In this document: in pieces, positions 13,595 through 24,000 of the stretch | Layout of the letters: each line of letters opens with the position of its first letter | How positions within the stretch are numbered: position 1 is the stretch's first letter | Source: Neoechinorhynchus agilis | Taxonomy: Eukaryota > Animalia > Acanthocephala | Assembly (NCBI GenBank): GCA_051530055.1 | Contig: CM121343.1 | Span: 2,698,389-2,762,388, forward strand | DNA: 64,000 bases | Reading direction: 5' to 3' | Translations under genes and position numbers: made by a program | Notes under the pieces: model-generated | The model's database searches: none | The model's input: only the letters and a program-made list of their open reading frames with translations | What the model was told of the DNA's origin: nothing

Positions 13595-14550
13595 AATTAA
13601 AAAAGTATTCAAAATTAGATAGAAAAATGCTGCCCTCAATTCATAGAACACCGATTTAATTATAATGAAACTTCCTGAACGTTTTCAATTTTTAATCGTG
13701 GCAATAAAGAAAGTTTTCATAAGAAGAATAACAAAAGTTCGATTTTGATCACAAAACCCGTCTGACGTATTGATTTTTGATCGATAAGAATAAGATCGTA
13801 TTCAAAATAAGATAGAAAAATGCTGCCCTCAATTCATAGAACATCGATTCAATTATAATGAAACTTCCTGAACGTTTTCAATTTTTATTCGTTGCAGTAA
13901 ACAAAATTTTCATAAGAAGAATAACAAAAGTTCGATTTTGATCACAAAACCCGTCTGACGTATTGACTTTTGATCGATAATTAAAAAGGTATTTAAAATT
14001 AGATAGAAAAATGCTGCCCTCAATTGATAGAACATCGATTCAATTATAATGAAACTTCCTGAACGTTTTCAATTTTTAATCGTGGCAGTAAGGAAAGTTT
14101 TCATATAAAGAGTAATAAAAGTTCGATTTTGATCACAAAACCCGTCTGACGTATTGACTTTTGATCGATAATTAAAAAGGTATTCAAAATTAGATAGAAA
14201 AATGCTGCCCTTAATTCATAGAACACCGATTCAATTATAATTAAACTTCCTGAACGTTTTCAATCGTGGCAGTAAGCAAAATTTTCATAAGAATAATAAT
14301 AAAAGTTCGATTTTGATCACAAAACCCGTCCGACGTATTGATTTTTGATCCATAATTGAAAAGGTATTTAAAATTAGATAGAAAAATGCCGCCCTCAATT
14401 GATAGAACACGGATTCAATTATAATGAAACTTTCTGAACGTTTTTAATTTTTAATCTTGGCAATAAGGAAAGTTTTCATATAAAGAGTACTAAAAGTTCG
14501 ATTTTGATCACAAAACCCGTTCGACGCATTGATTTTTGATCGATAAGAAT
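13595..14550. repeat. 191-bp satellite (family A), right arm, more diverged
   Basis: The unit resumes at aattaaaaaagtattc (13595) directly after the CRE 3' end. Confidence 0.9.
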
Positions 14551-15665
14551 AAAATCATATTCTGAATGAGTTGTAAAAATATCGGATTTTATTCCCAGAG
14601 CAGAGATGCAAATAAAGAGAAATTTCCTTGATTGAGTGATAAAACTCCCTTTGAATTTTCCATCATGGTATTCCGGCAAACTCAAGGTTGTTAGAGTTTT
14701 TATGAATCTGAAAAAGGGAGAGATCTTTATTGAACCGACAGAATAACAAAAGTGTTTGAATGTAGATTTGTTGCAAGGCGGCAATATCCCCGTTGAAAGA
14801 GATGTAGCCAATCACGAACGGGCGGTCTGTTTTTTTTCATTCAAAATGCGTGTGGCGAATAGTTTTTAATTGGTTGTGAACCGTTTCACGTACGTGTGTG
14901 CCACGGAACGTTGGCGTATTTCGAGAGCAGCTTAAGAAAATATGCTAATCACTGTACGTTGCGCACATAAATCTACACAACGATACATGGAGCAGCTGGA
15001 TGGAATATCTGTGTTCATATAACCTTCTGTGCCTTTTCGCTCCTTCGAGACGTGCTATAGAGATGAAAACTGTCAGTATCGGCTTCTTCTTTTTTACTGC
15101 TGCATTGTCGCTTTCCGCTGAATTATTTCAGTATCGATCTCTGGTAACAAGAAAAAACTTGAGCCTGTGTGCATGGTGAAGCCAATGCCGAAAGTTGCGT
15201 GTTTAACATTTAGAACATTATGTCAGCGTATCAGGACTGCATTTGTTGCCCTCTTCGTATCGTTCCACTTGCGAGAAATAACCGACACCTCTCGTTTAAT
15301 CAAAAAAGGAATCCTCCCGAATCAGTTATTCAGATCTTCAAATAAAGATTAAGGAATTAATGTCGCACCAAGGGTCAGCAGAGGAACAACAGCAACAGGT
15401 AAGCAATCAAAGTGTTTGTTGTTCTAAGAAAAATCTAGCGTACACCATCCGCGCCATCGCCTCCTAGATTAGGTTTCCTCTAAATACCGCAGAGTGCTGC
15501 ACCGACGAAATTCTAAGCTTAATACGGGTTCCCGGCCGGTGAAGATCACTTTTAAACAAAACCAACCAATGGTTGTTTTTCTGCGCGCGCGCGAGTGTGT
15601 GACCAATCGAAAAGCATTAGCGACTAACACGTGAATGTTAGCTCACGATCTCTATTCAGAAACTC

Positions 15666-16390
15666 ATGGCAGAGAACGGAACTAACTCAGACTCTGAGAA
15701 GAGAATTCATGATTGCAATTGGTACCGAAAAGTGAGAACGCATCTTCCAAGTGCTCTAATGGAGCCGAACAAAGGGGTAAGTTCGCAAAGGTTACACGCA
15801 CACACACATAAAACTGATAAAATATGCTGAAGAAAATAAGAACTGATAAATTCGATTTAAGTTTTTAAATCTAACACGTTAAAAAAAACTTACGCTAAGG
15901 CCGAAAATTCACAATAAAATCGAATTTCTCGGTTCTTATTTTCTTCACCTTTATCAGTAATGTTAAATATATATACATTCGACACATAAAACTCACGGAA
16001 CCGCAAGGAACAAGCCGCCATTTTGATTGATGCCAATATTTATTCGGTTAAGAAGACCGTGATGACGATATTGTGTCTAATCATCATTATACTACTCAAC
16101 AGTGTTCAACTAAGAAATGTTTCAAAGGAAGGAATAACACACCCATTCTATAAATCACAACTGGCTCTTGGAGTTATATCCGTCATGCTCACATCGCTGA
16201 TCGGTATGTTCAATACCGAGAAAAATGATTTAGCTCAACAACATCAATAGGCATGATACTCATGTACACGGCTCGAGTCAATTATAATAATCAATACAAA
16301 CAACGGAAACTTGATTTTATTGGAAATTCAGTCATCATCCTATTATTTGTTTTAGCCATTTTTAACATTTTCATCGTTGCTTGTAATTGA
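15666..16390 (+). CDS. Ninj: Ninjurin family membrane protein (exons ~15666-15776, 16008-16203, 16251-16390)
   Basis: Spliced translation DANIYSVKKTVMTILCLIIIILLNSVQLRNVSKEGITHPFYKSQLALGVISVMLTSLI/GMILMYTARVNYNNQYKQRKLDFIGNSVIILLFVLAIFNIFIVACN* follows the ninjurin pattern (N.Y..KK, N..QL+.V...G, two C-terminal hydrophobic helices). The 47-nt GT-AG intron at 16204-16250 restores the frame. The first exon and the 16008 acceptor are less certain. Confidence 0.8.
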
Positions 16391-16599
16391 GCAATCGTCT
16401 CTGTGGGTACCAAAGCAGTCAACATCTCGTACAATCAGCATAAGGAACAACAACGATTCACAACAAAGAAAAAATATTTTCATTTTAAAAATACTAAATC
16501 GATTTTTCTCTTTGAAGAAAACCCTATTTTATTGTTTTATGAATGCAAGTAATAAGGAATTTGCGGACATGAAGCACAATTTATAGCCCTTATTAAGAC

Positions 16600-18100
16600 C
16601 ATGAAACCACATCCACAATTCAAATCATCTTGACTAAATACGACCAAATAATTGATTACTTCAGTGATTTCTCAAAAGTGGGATATCTTGAATTTCATGG
16701 TTCTAAATAAAGCAAAAAGAAGAACATTTGCACAATCCTAACGGATTAATCATTTCTGACAAATCGCGAGTATTTGCGCGAAAACGAAAATATCTCTGAT
16801 AATTCGTCTCCCTAAAGAGCCACAGCCGTAGAAATGGCGGCATATTCCCTCAGCATTGATTTATCTATCAGACAAATTCCTTTTGTTTCCAGATTATCAC
16901 GATCCACTTTGATATACACAAAATCGGGAAACCAAGGTCAACTTTGCCCCAATTGTTGGGTTCATCATTAGCTCCAATTATAGATTCAACCATTAAGCTC
17001 GCTGCTTAAATATTATACCTCCGTCAATTCATTTTTTAGTGCGGTCGTTGGTAAAATATCGTACTTTAACAATACGTAGCTTATGATTCGTTATTTCGGT
17101 AATTATTGAACAGTCGCAGCGGCTAAAAGAAAATGAGTTTATTATGAAAAACCATCCTTAAATATAAATTTTCCAAAGCAATTAAACTTCATAGCGATCA
17201 AAACTCGTCTATATCTGAATGAATAAAATGGAAGATGGTTAAAACGTTTATTTGGTCACAATAATCCCATGGATATATCTATGTTAATTCTTCATTCCGA
17301 CTACGTTTCAGCTTAAAAAAGATATTTTTGTCGGCTGGAACCCAATAATTTTTGATGTTTTTATCTTAATCTGTGAGTTTTTAAAACGATCATCCGGCAC
17401 GTACCGATTACAAAATGAACTTGATTTGGCGATGTGGTGATCGTTAGTTCGGATATAAAACTTTTTGAATTGAGATATTTCGAAAGAGGAAGTTTCGCCC
17501 ATCTTTTTGGATCTCAATGTAAGGCTTCCTCTCGAAATATCTCCTCCAATCTTCGATTAAACTTCAACTGCAAAGAAGTTGTTCATGGATATATTTTGTT
17601 TGGTGATTGAGTTGTAAAGACGTTCATCATTTACTTTTTTTAAAGCGAATTATAATAATTGATAATTTTCGGCTTTCGCGTAGGCATTCTGTAGTCTATT
17701 GCCTATATTAATACAAAAATCAATCACACCTTCGATTGTGTTGACAGATTCTTTCGTCTTTAATTCGTCACAGGTTGATCGTGAACATTGTTGTTGTTGG
17801 AATCAAAACACTTTACGTTTCTGCGCTTAATTCTGAAGTGATGCGTATTGATGACGTATTACAATGCGAGATATCAAATGTTTGTTTATTTGTAAAATTC
17901 GCTTGTACCAAAGCAGCAATCTCTCAAGGACAAACAAATATCGTTTTAGAAATTCAGAAAACACACAAGACAAATTCAACTTAAGATACGACAGAATTTT
18001 TATATTTTCCCTAGATTGCTTGTTGTTGTGGATATCCACGTTTTAACCATCTCTTGGGGACCTCCCACTCCCCAAGCGAGTCTTAGTGAAGTTTTGAGTA
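16600..18100 (-). pseudogene. Degenerate coding relic of unknown family
   Basis: Protein-like frames with scattered stops (e.g. DFVYIKVDRDNLETKGICLIDKSMLREYAA; LIEDWRRYFERKPYIEIQK). Shares an exact 29-mer with the 214-bp array. Confidence 0.3.
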
Positions 18101-18798
18101 TTCGTGTTATACGAAGAAAAAACATATCATAAGTTTCTAATCATTAAATAAACCGGTTGGTTTCTGGCGGAGAAATTAAAATGAACCTTGATCAAAAGGC
18201 GTACAAGATTGCGCCGAAAGCAATCGGATTCAATTCATTTTTATTCTTCCATGCGCCATAAAACAACCACTTTATGAACAATTTAATCCCTTTAAACATC
18301 AAATATACTCATGATTTTGCAAATTAACGTTCAAATCCTTGTTTAGAAGGATACGACTTATTTTTAATGAAGAAAATTGTGCTTAAAACGATCATATGAA
18401 ACGACGGCATTTTGTTATTGAAACTTCATTTTCGGTTCGGGATTTTTACCGGAAAAAAGGTTTTATTTTACACTTCACTCGAATTTGCCAATTTTCAGAA
18501 AATACAATTCGGTTTTGTGTTTATGATTTAAAGTTGTGTTTGTGACAATAATGGAATCCCAGTCAAAAGTCTCCATTTCAGAAATGAATATGATCGAGGT
18601 GTCTTTAATTGATGGCATAGTCATTTCTGAGGTAAGTCGTCAAAGCGAAGTCGTAGCAATTCACGAATTGGTTCAAACGAAGAATCTTCAGGATCAATTG
18701 CTCAAGTCGACCACACCGAACCTCCAAAGGTCGTACGTAATCTAAAGCGACCAAAGCTTCTTAGTCGTCTACCTCGCGTATTGACTGGTGGCAGTGAG

Positions 18799-20703
18799 AT
18801 GAATTCGTCGTCGAGAATGATGGGATCACAAGCGAGAAAGCAAAGGAAACGACCGGAAAAACGGCCTCAGCAAATCGCAGAACCTACAGCAACCGACATT
18901 AAAAATAACGACGTTTACCCGGTTGGAAATGTCCAAGATCAAAGTGAGAATGAGAGAATGAGTAGTATCTTAAGTGTTAATCCTGACGATTGCGACAACA
19001 GTCAAAGTGTTACTTTTGATACCGCTAATCAGCCTCAGGAGGACATTGATGAATACGCGATAAACAACCAAATAAACCCTGTTGATTTACCTAAAACATC
19101 ATACGGCGAGATGGAAAGTTTTAAGAATGAAGTTTGTCGAATATATAAAGATAACCTCATTTATTATGCTTCACATTTGGTTCCTGATCCTCAATTTCTT
19201 TTTCCGGAAAATGTTAACCGAAAATCGCCAGCAGAAGACGCTGCTGAGAAGAAAAAAGAGAATGACCAAGTTAAGAAGGCAGAAATGGCCGCAACCACGG
19301 CAGTGACCTCGGACGTGGAGCACTCTGGAAAACAGAAAAAGAATAAAAAACATCAGCCGATTTTGGGCAACCAAATCTATCGAATGAATCGGCACTTAGC
19401 CCAGGCGACTCGTATGGTAATCCGTTTTTTCTATCCGAACCCAGAGGTGTGGGTCGTGAGTGACTACTTGTTGATGTATCCAAACATTCGCGATTTTGAT
19501 CTAGCGGAGAAATGTGGTCTCGATATTAGGTCCGTCCGGAAGGCAGTAGCATATTTGATCAAGGATAAAATGGTCACAACAAAAATCCGGGCTGTAAAAG
19601 TGCAGATTAGCGACGAAGAAGCAAAAAGTAGGAAACGGCCACTCCCTGCTAATGGGATGAAGCAGCAAAGACACACCTTTTATCAATTATACCCGCACTG
19701 TGCTGCTAACGCGGTTAGAATCAAATTGGTAAGGATGAGGAGGGAGCTGGATGAGGCTTCTATAGATCCGGACGAAGCAGGACTTCCTGAAGGGATTGAA
19801 CTCTGGTTTACTTGTCCTTACTGTATGTATAAAATAACTAATCTTCAAGCCGACATCGCATTAGCAGCAGGAGTTCTAACTGGCGAACGTGACGATATGC
19901 CGTGTCCTATGTGCGATACCATTATGAATCAGAATACCGAGGGGAATGAACGGATCCGCGCAAGTCGAAAAACAATGGCCGTGTTTAATAAAAAGCTAAA
20001 AAAGGTGCTGGACCGACTTTTTAAGAAGCCCACAGTCGCGTATCCTAATGATGCGTTAAATATGAGGTTTTTGGAAGGCGAAGATCTCACCGAATGCACT
20101 TTGTTTTTGAAACAAACGAAATCAGCAAAAAAGGCTGGAGAAAAGGTGAAGGAGGAGCCACCGGAGAACAACATTGTTATTGTTTTCAAGAGTGAGTTTG
20201 ATGTAGCGAACCCAGAAAGGAGATTAAGACAGATTCCTCCATGGTTTCAACGCCGGCAGACTGGAAGTTCCTCAATACCGGATGGAGAAGGTGGAGCGGT
20301 AGACGAGGATTCAAATGACTCATTTGAGGAAATCGTATGTGTGGATCCATTTGAAGCGACACAAGAGTTTCGAGATATCTATCAAATGATTGAAAAATAC
20401 GAAAAGAACCCACCAGTGGAGCCGAAAGTGAGCGACGTCAGTTTCAAGTGTACATACCCCCCAGTGCCGACTCTTCGAGTGGAAGGCGATGTGAGATTGC
20501 AAGTAAATGAGGTGACAAGCTCGATGTACTATAAATTCGATGAAGTCAAGAAAAATGATTTTCTTAGGAAGTATGCTTTGTACAACAAAATTTTGGGAAT
20601 TGGCATAATGGACAATCCGATCAGGTCCATCGAAAGACGAAATAGGCATCGTCCTCTTTACAGCCTGTGTCCAAGAGGCACTCGCTCCTCTAATAAATCA
20701 TAA
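18799..20703 (+). CDS. GTF2E1: General transcription factor IIE subunit alpha, intronless, with long N-terminal extension
   Basis: LAQATRMVIRFFY, LIKDKMV, HTFYQL..AVRIKLVRMRRELD, zinc ribbon CPYC...CPMC, IPPWF, and a C-terminal PTLRVEG segment parallel TFIIE-alpha motifs. The frame is open back to 18631, so the true start is uncertain. Confidence 0.85.
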   Translation: MNSSSRMMGSQARKQRKRPEKRPQQIAEPTATDIKNNDVYPVGNVQDQSENERMSSILSVNPDDCDNSQSVTFDTANQPQEDIDEYAINNQINPVDLPKTSYGEMESFKNEVCRIYKDNLIYYASHLVPDPQFLFPENVNRKSPAEDAAEKKKENDQVKKAEMAATTAVTSDVEHSGKQKKNKKHQPILGNQIYRMNRHLAQATRMVIRFFYPNPEVWVVSDYLLMYPNIRDFDLAEKCGLDIRSVRKAVAYLIKDKMVTTKIRAVKVQISDEEAKSRKRPLPANGMKQQRHTFYQLYPHCAANAVRIKLVRMRRELDEASIDPDEAGLPEGIELWFTCPYCMYKITNLQADIALAAGVLTGERDDMPCPMCDTIMNQNTEGNERIRASRKTMAVFNKKLKKVLDRLFKKPTVAYPNDALNMRFLEGEDLTECTLFLKQTKSAKKAGEKVKEEPPENNIVIVFKSEFDVANPERRLRQIPPWFQRRQTGSSSIPDGEGGAVDEDSNDSFEEIVCVDPFEATQEFRDIYQMIEKYEKNPPVEPKVSDVSFKCTYPPVPTLRVEGDVRLQVNEVTSSMYYKFDEVKKNDFLRKYALYNKILGIGIMDNPIRSIERRNRHRPLYSLCPRGTRSSNKS

Positions 20704-20876
20704 ACTACGCAAAGTCTAAAATGCTACTCGAAAACATTGGACTAAGGTACACAGCAACAAACAATTTAAATGAAAAACACGAAATTATATTGACTTAATG
20801 ATCGGTTCATTTCGAAGCCCTGAAGGGAGCTTTCAATGTTATGTACGATATAATTTACGATGTTAAGTTAATCCTT

Positions 20877-20882
20877 AATAAA
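20877..20882 (+). terminator. Candidate poly(A) signal for GTF2E1
   Basis: AATAAA about 175 nt after the stop codon. Confidence 0.45.
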
Positions 20883-20923
20883 TGTTTCCTGTTCAGTTCG
20901 CTAGGACAAATAATAATAACACG

Positions 20924-20929
20924 TTTATT
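20924..20929 (-). terminator. Candidate poly(A) signal for the minus-strand RTSP-repeat gene
   Basis: tttatt on + (AATAAA on -), about 73 nt past the TAA at 21002-21004. Confidence 0.45.
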
Positions 20930-21001
20930 TCTTGATCCACAAAGAATAGGACCCATGTTCCTTTGAATCCTCAGAAAAACATTTGAGTTCTGATTTGTTC
21001 A

Positions 21002-24000
21002 TTAAATTCGGTTGTTCATTTTGGAGTGGATTACGGGTTCGGTTGGAGAAAATCCGGCCGAGAGGTACGTCCTTCCGGGTGGGAGTATCCGATCGGGCGA
21101 TGTCCGTTCGAGTGAGACTATTCCTGAGGGGAATGTCCGTCCGGGTGGGAGTATCCGGTCGGGCGACGTCCGTTCGAGTGAGACTTCCGTAGGGGGATGT
21201 CCGTCGGAGTAGGAATATCCGGTCGGGCGATTTCCGTCCGGGTGGGAGTATCCCCGTCTGCCGATGTCCGTCCGAGACAATTCCGTAGGGGATGCCCGTC
21301 CGGGTGGGAATATCTGGTCAGGCGATGTCCGTCCGGGTGAAATTATTCTGTAGGGGGGGTGTCCGCCCGAGTGGGAATATCTGGTCGGGCGATGTCCGTT
21401 CGGTGAAATTATTCTGTAGGGGGTGTCCGTCCGAGTGGGATATGGTGGGATGTCGTTCGGGTGAAATTATTCTGTAGGGGGATATCCGACCGAGTGAGAT
21501 TATTCCGAAGGGTGATGTGCGTTCGGGTGAAATTATTCTGTAGGGGGATGTCCGTCCGAGTAGGAATATCCGGTCGGGCGATGTCCGTTCGGGTGAAATT
21601 ATTCTGTAGGGGGATGTCCGTCCGAGTGGGAATATCTGGTCGGGCGATGTCCGTTCGGGTGAAATTATTCTGTAGGGGGGTGTCCGTCCGAGTGGGAATA
21701 TCTGGTCGGGCGATGTCCGTTCGGGTGAAATTATTCTGTAGGGGGGTGTCCGTCCGAGTGAGACTATTCCGAAGGGTGATGTGCGTTCGGGTGAAATTAT
21801 TCTGTAGGGGGATATCCGTCCGAGTGAGATATTCCGAAGGGTGATGTGCGTTCGGGTGGGAATATCTGGTCGGGTGATGTCCGTTCGGGTGAAATTATTC
21901 TGTAGGGGGGATGTCCGTCCGAGTGGGAATATCTGGTCGGGCGATGTCCGTTCGGGTGAAATTATTCTGTAGGGGGTGTCCGTCCGAGTGGGAATATCTG
22001 GTCGGGCGATGTCCGTTCGGGTGAAATTATTCTGTAGGGGGATATCCGTCCGAGTGAGACTATTCCGAAGGGTGATGTGCGTTCGGGTGAAATTATTCTG
22101 TAGGGGGATGTCCGTCCGAGTGAGAATATTCCGAAGGGTGATGTCCGTTCGGGTGAAATTATTCTGTAGGGGGATGTCCGTCCGAGTGGGAATATCTGGT
22201 CGGGCGATGTCCGTTCGGGTGAAATTATTCTGTAGGGGGGTGTCCGTCCGAGTGGGAATATCTGGTCAGGCGATGTCCGTTCGGGTGAAATTATTCTGTA
22301 GGGGGGTGTCCGTCCGAGTGGGAATATCTGGTCGGGCGATGTCCGTTCGGGTGAAATTATTCTGTAGGGGGATATCCGTCCGAGTGAGACTATTCCGAAG
22401 GGTGATGTGCGTTCGGGTGAAATTATTCTGTAGGGGGATGTCCGTCCGAGTGGAATATCTGGTCAGGCGATGTCCGTTCGGGTGAAATTATTCTGTAGGG
22501 GGTGTCCGTCCGAGTGGGAATATCTGGTCGGGCGATGTCCGTTCGGGTGAAATTATTCTGTAGGGGGGTGTCCGTCCGAGTGGGAATATCTGGTCGGGCG
22601 ATGTCCGTTCGGGTGAAATTATTCTGTAGGGGGATGTCCGTCCGAGTGGGAATTCTGGTCAGGCGATGTCCGTTCGGGTGAAATTATTCTGTAGGGGGAT
22701 ATCCGTCCGAGTGAGACTATTCCGAAGGGTGATGTGCGTTCGGGTGAAATTATTTTGTAGGGGGATGTCCGTCCGAGTGGGAATATCTGGTCGGGCGATG
22801 TCCGTTCGGGTGAAATTATTCTGTAGGGGGATGTCCGTCCGAGTGGGAATATCTGGTCAGGCGATGTCCGTTCGGGTGAAATTATTCTGTGGGGGATGTC
22901 CGTCCGAGTGGGAATATCTGGTCGGGCGATGTCCGTTCGGGTGAAATTATTCTGTAGGGGGATGTCCGTCCAGTGGGAATATCTGGTCGGGCGATGTCCG
23001 TTCGGGTGAAATTATTCTGTAGGGGGATATCCGTCCGAGTGAGATTATTCCGAAGGGTGATGTCCGTTCGGGTGAAATTATTCTGTAGGGGGATGTCCGT
23101 CCGAGTAGGAATATCTGGTCAGGCGATGTCCGTTCGGGTGAAATTATTCTGTAGGGGGTGTCCGTCCGAGTGGGAATATCTGGTCAGGCGATGTCCGTTC
23201 GGGTGAAATTATTCTGTAGGGGGATGTCCGTCCGGTGGGAATATCTGGTCAGGCGATGTCCGTTCGGGTGAAATTATTCTGTAGGGGGGTGTCCGTCCGA
23301 GTGGGAATATCTGGTCAGGCGATGTCCGTTCGGGTGAAATTATTCTGTAGGGGGATGTCCGTCCGAGTGGGAATATCTGGTCGGGCGATGTCCGTTCGGG
23401 TGAAATTATTCTGTAGGGGGATGTCCGTCCGAGTGGGAATATCTGGTCGGGCGATGTCCGTTCGGGTGAAATTATTCTGTAGGGGGATGTCCGTCCGAGT
23501 GGGAATATTCCGAAGGGTGATGTGCGTTCGGGTGAAATTATTCTGTAGGGGGATGTCCGTCCGAGTGGGAATATCCGGTCGGGCGATGTCCGTTCGGGTG
23601 AAATTATTCTGTAGGGGGGTGTCCGTCCGAGTGGGAATATCTGGTCGGGCGATGTCCGTTCGGGTGAAATTATTCTGTAGGGGGATATCCGTCCGAGTGA
23701 GAATATTCCGAAGGGTGATGTCCGTTCGGGTGAAATTATTCTGTAGGGGGATGTCCGTCCGAGTAGGAATATCTGGTCAGGCGATGTCCGTTCGGGTGAA
23801 ATTATTCTGTAGGGGGGTGTCCGTCCGAGTGGGAATATCTGGTCAGGCGATGTCCGTTCGGGTGAAATTATTCTGTAGGGGGATGTCCGTCCGGTGGGAA
23901 TATCTGGTCAGGCGATGTCCGTTCGGGTGAAATTATTCTGTAGGGGGGTGTCCGTCGAGTGGGAATATCTGGTCAGGCGATGTCCGTTCGGGTGAAATTA

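Noticed and set aside
15360-15398. MSHQGSAEEQQQQ|gtaagc as a separate gene
   Set aside because: It has a good donor and is phase-compatible with the ninjurin exon at 15660, so it may be an optional 5' exon, but there is no evidence for an independent gene.
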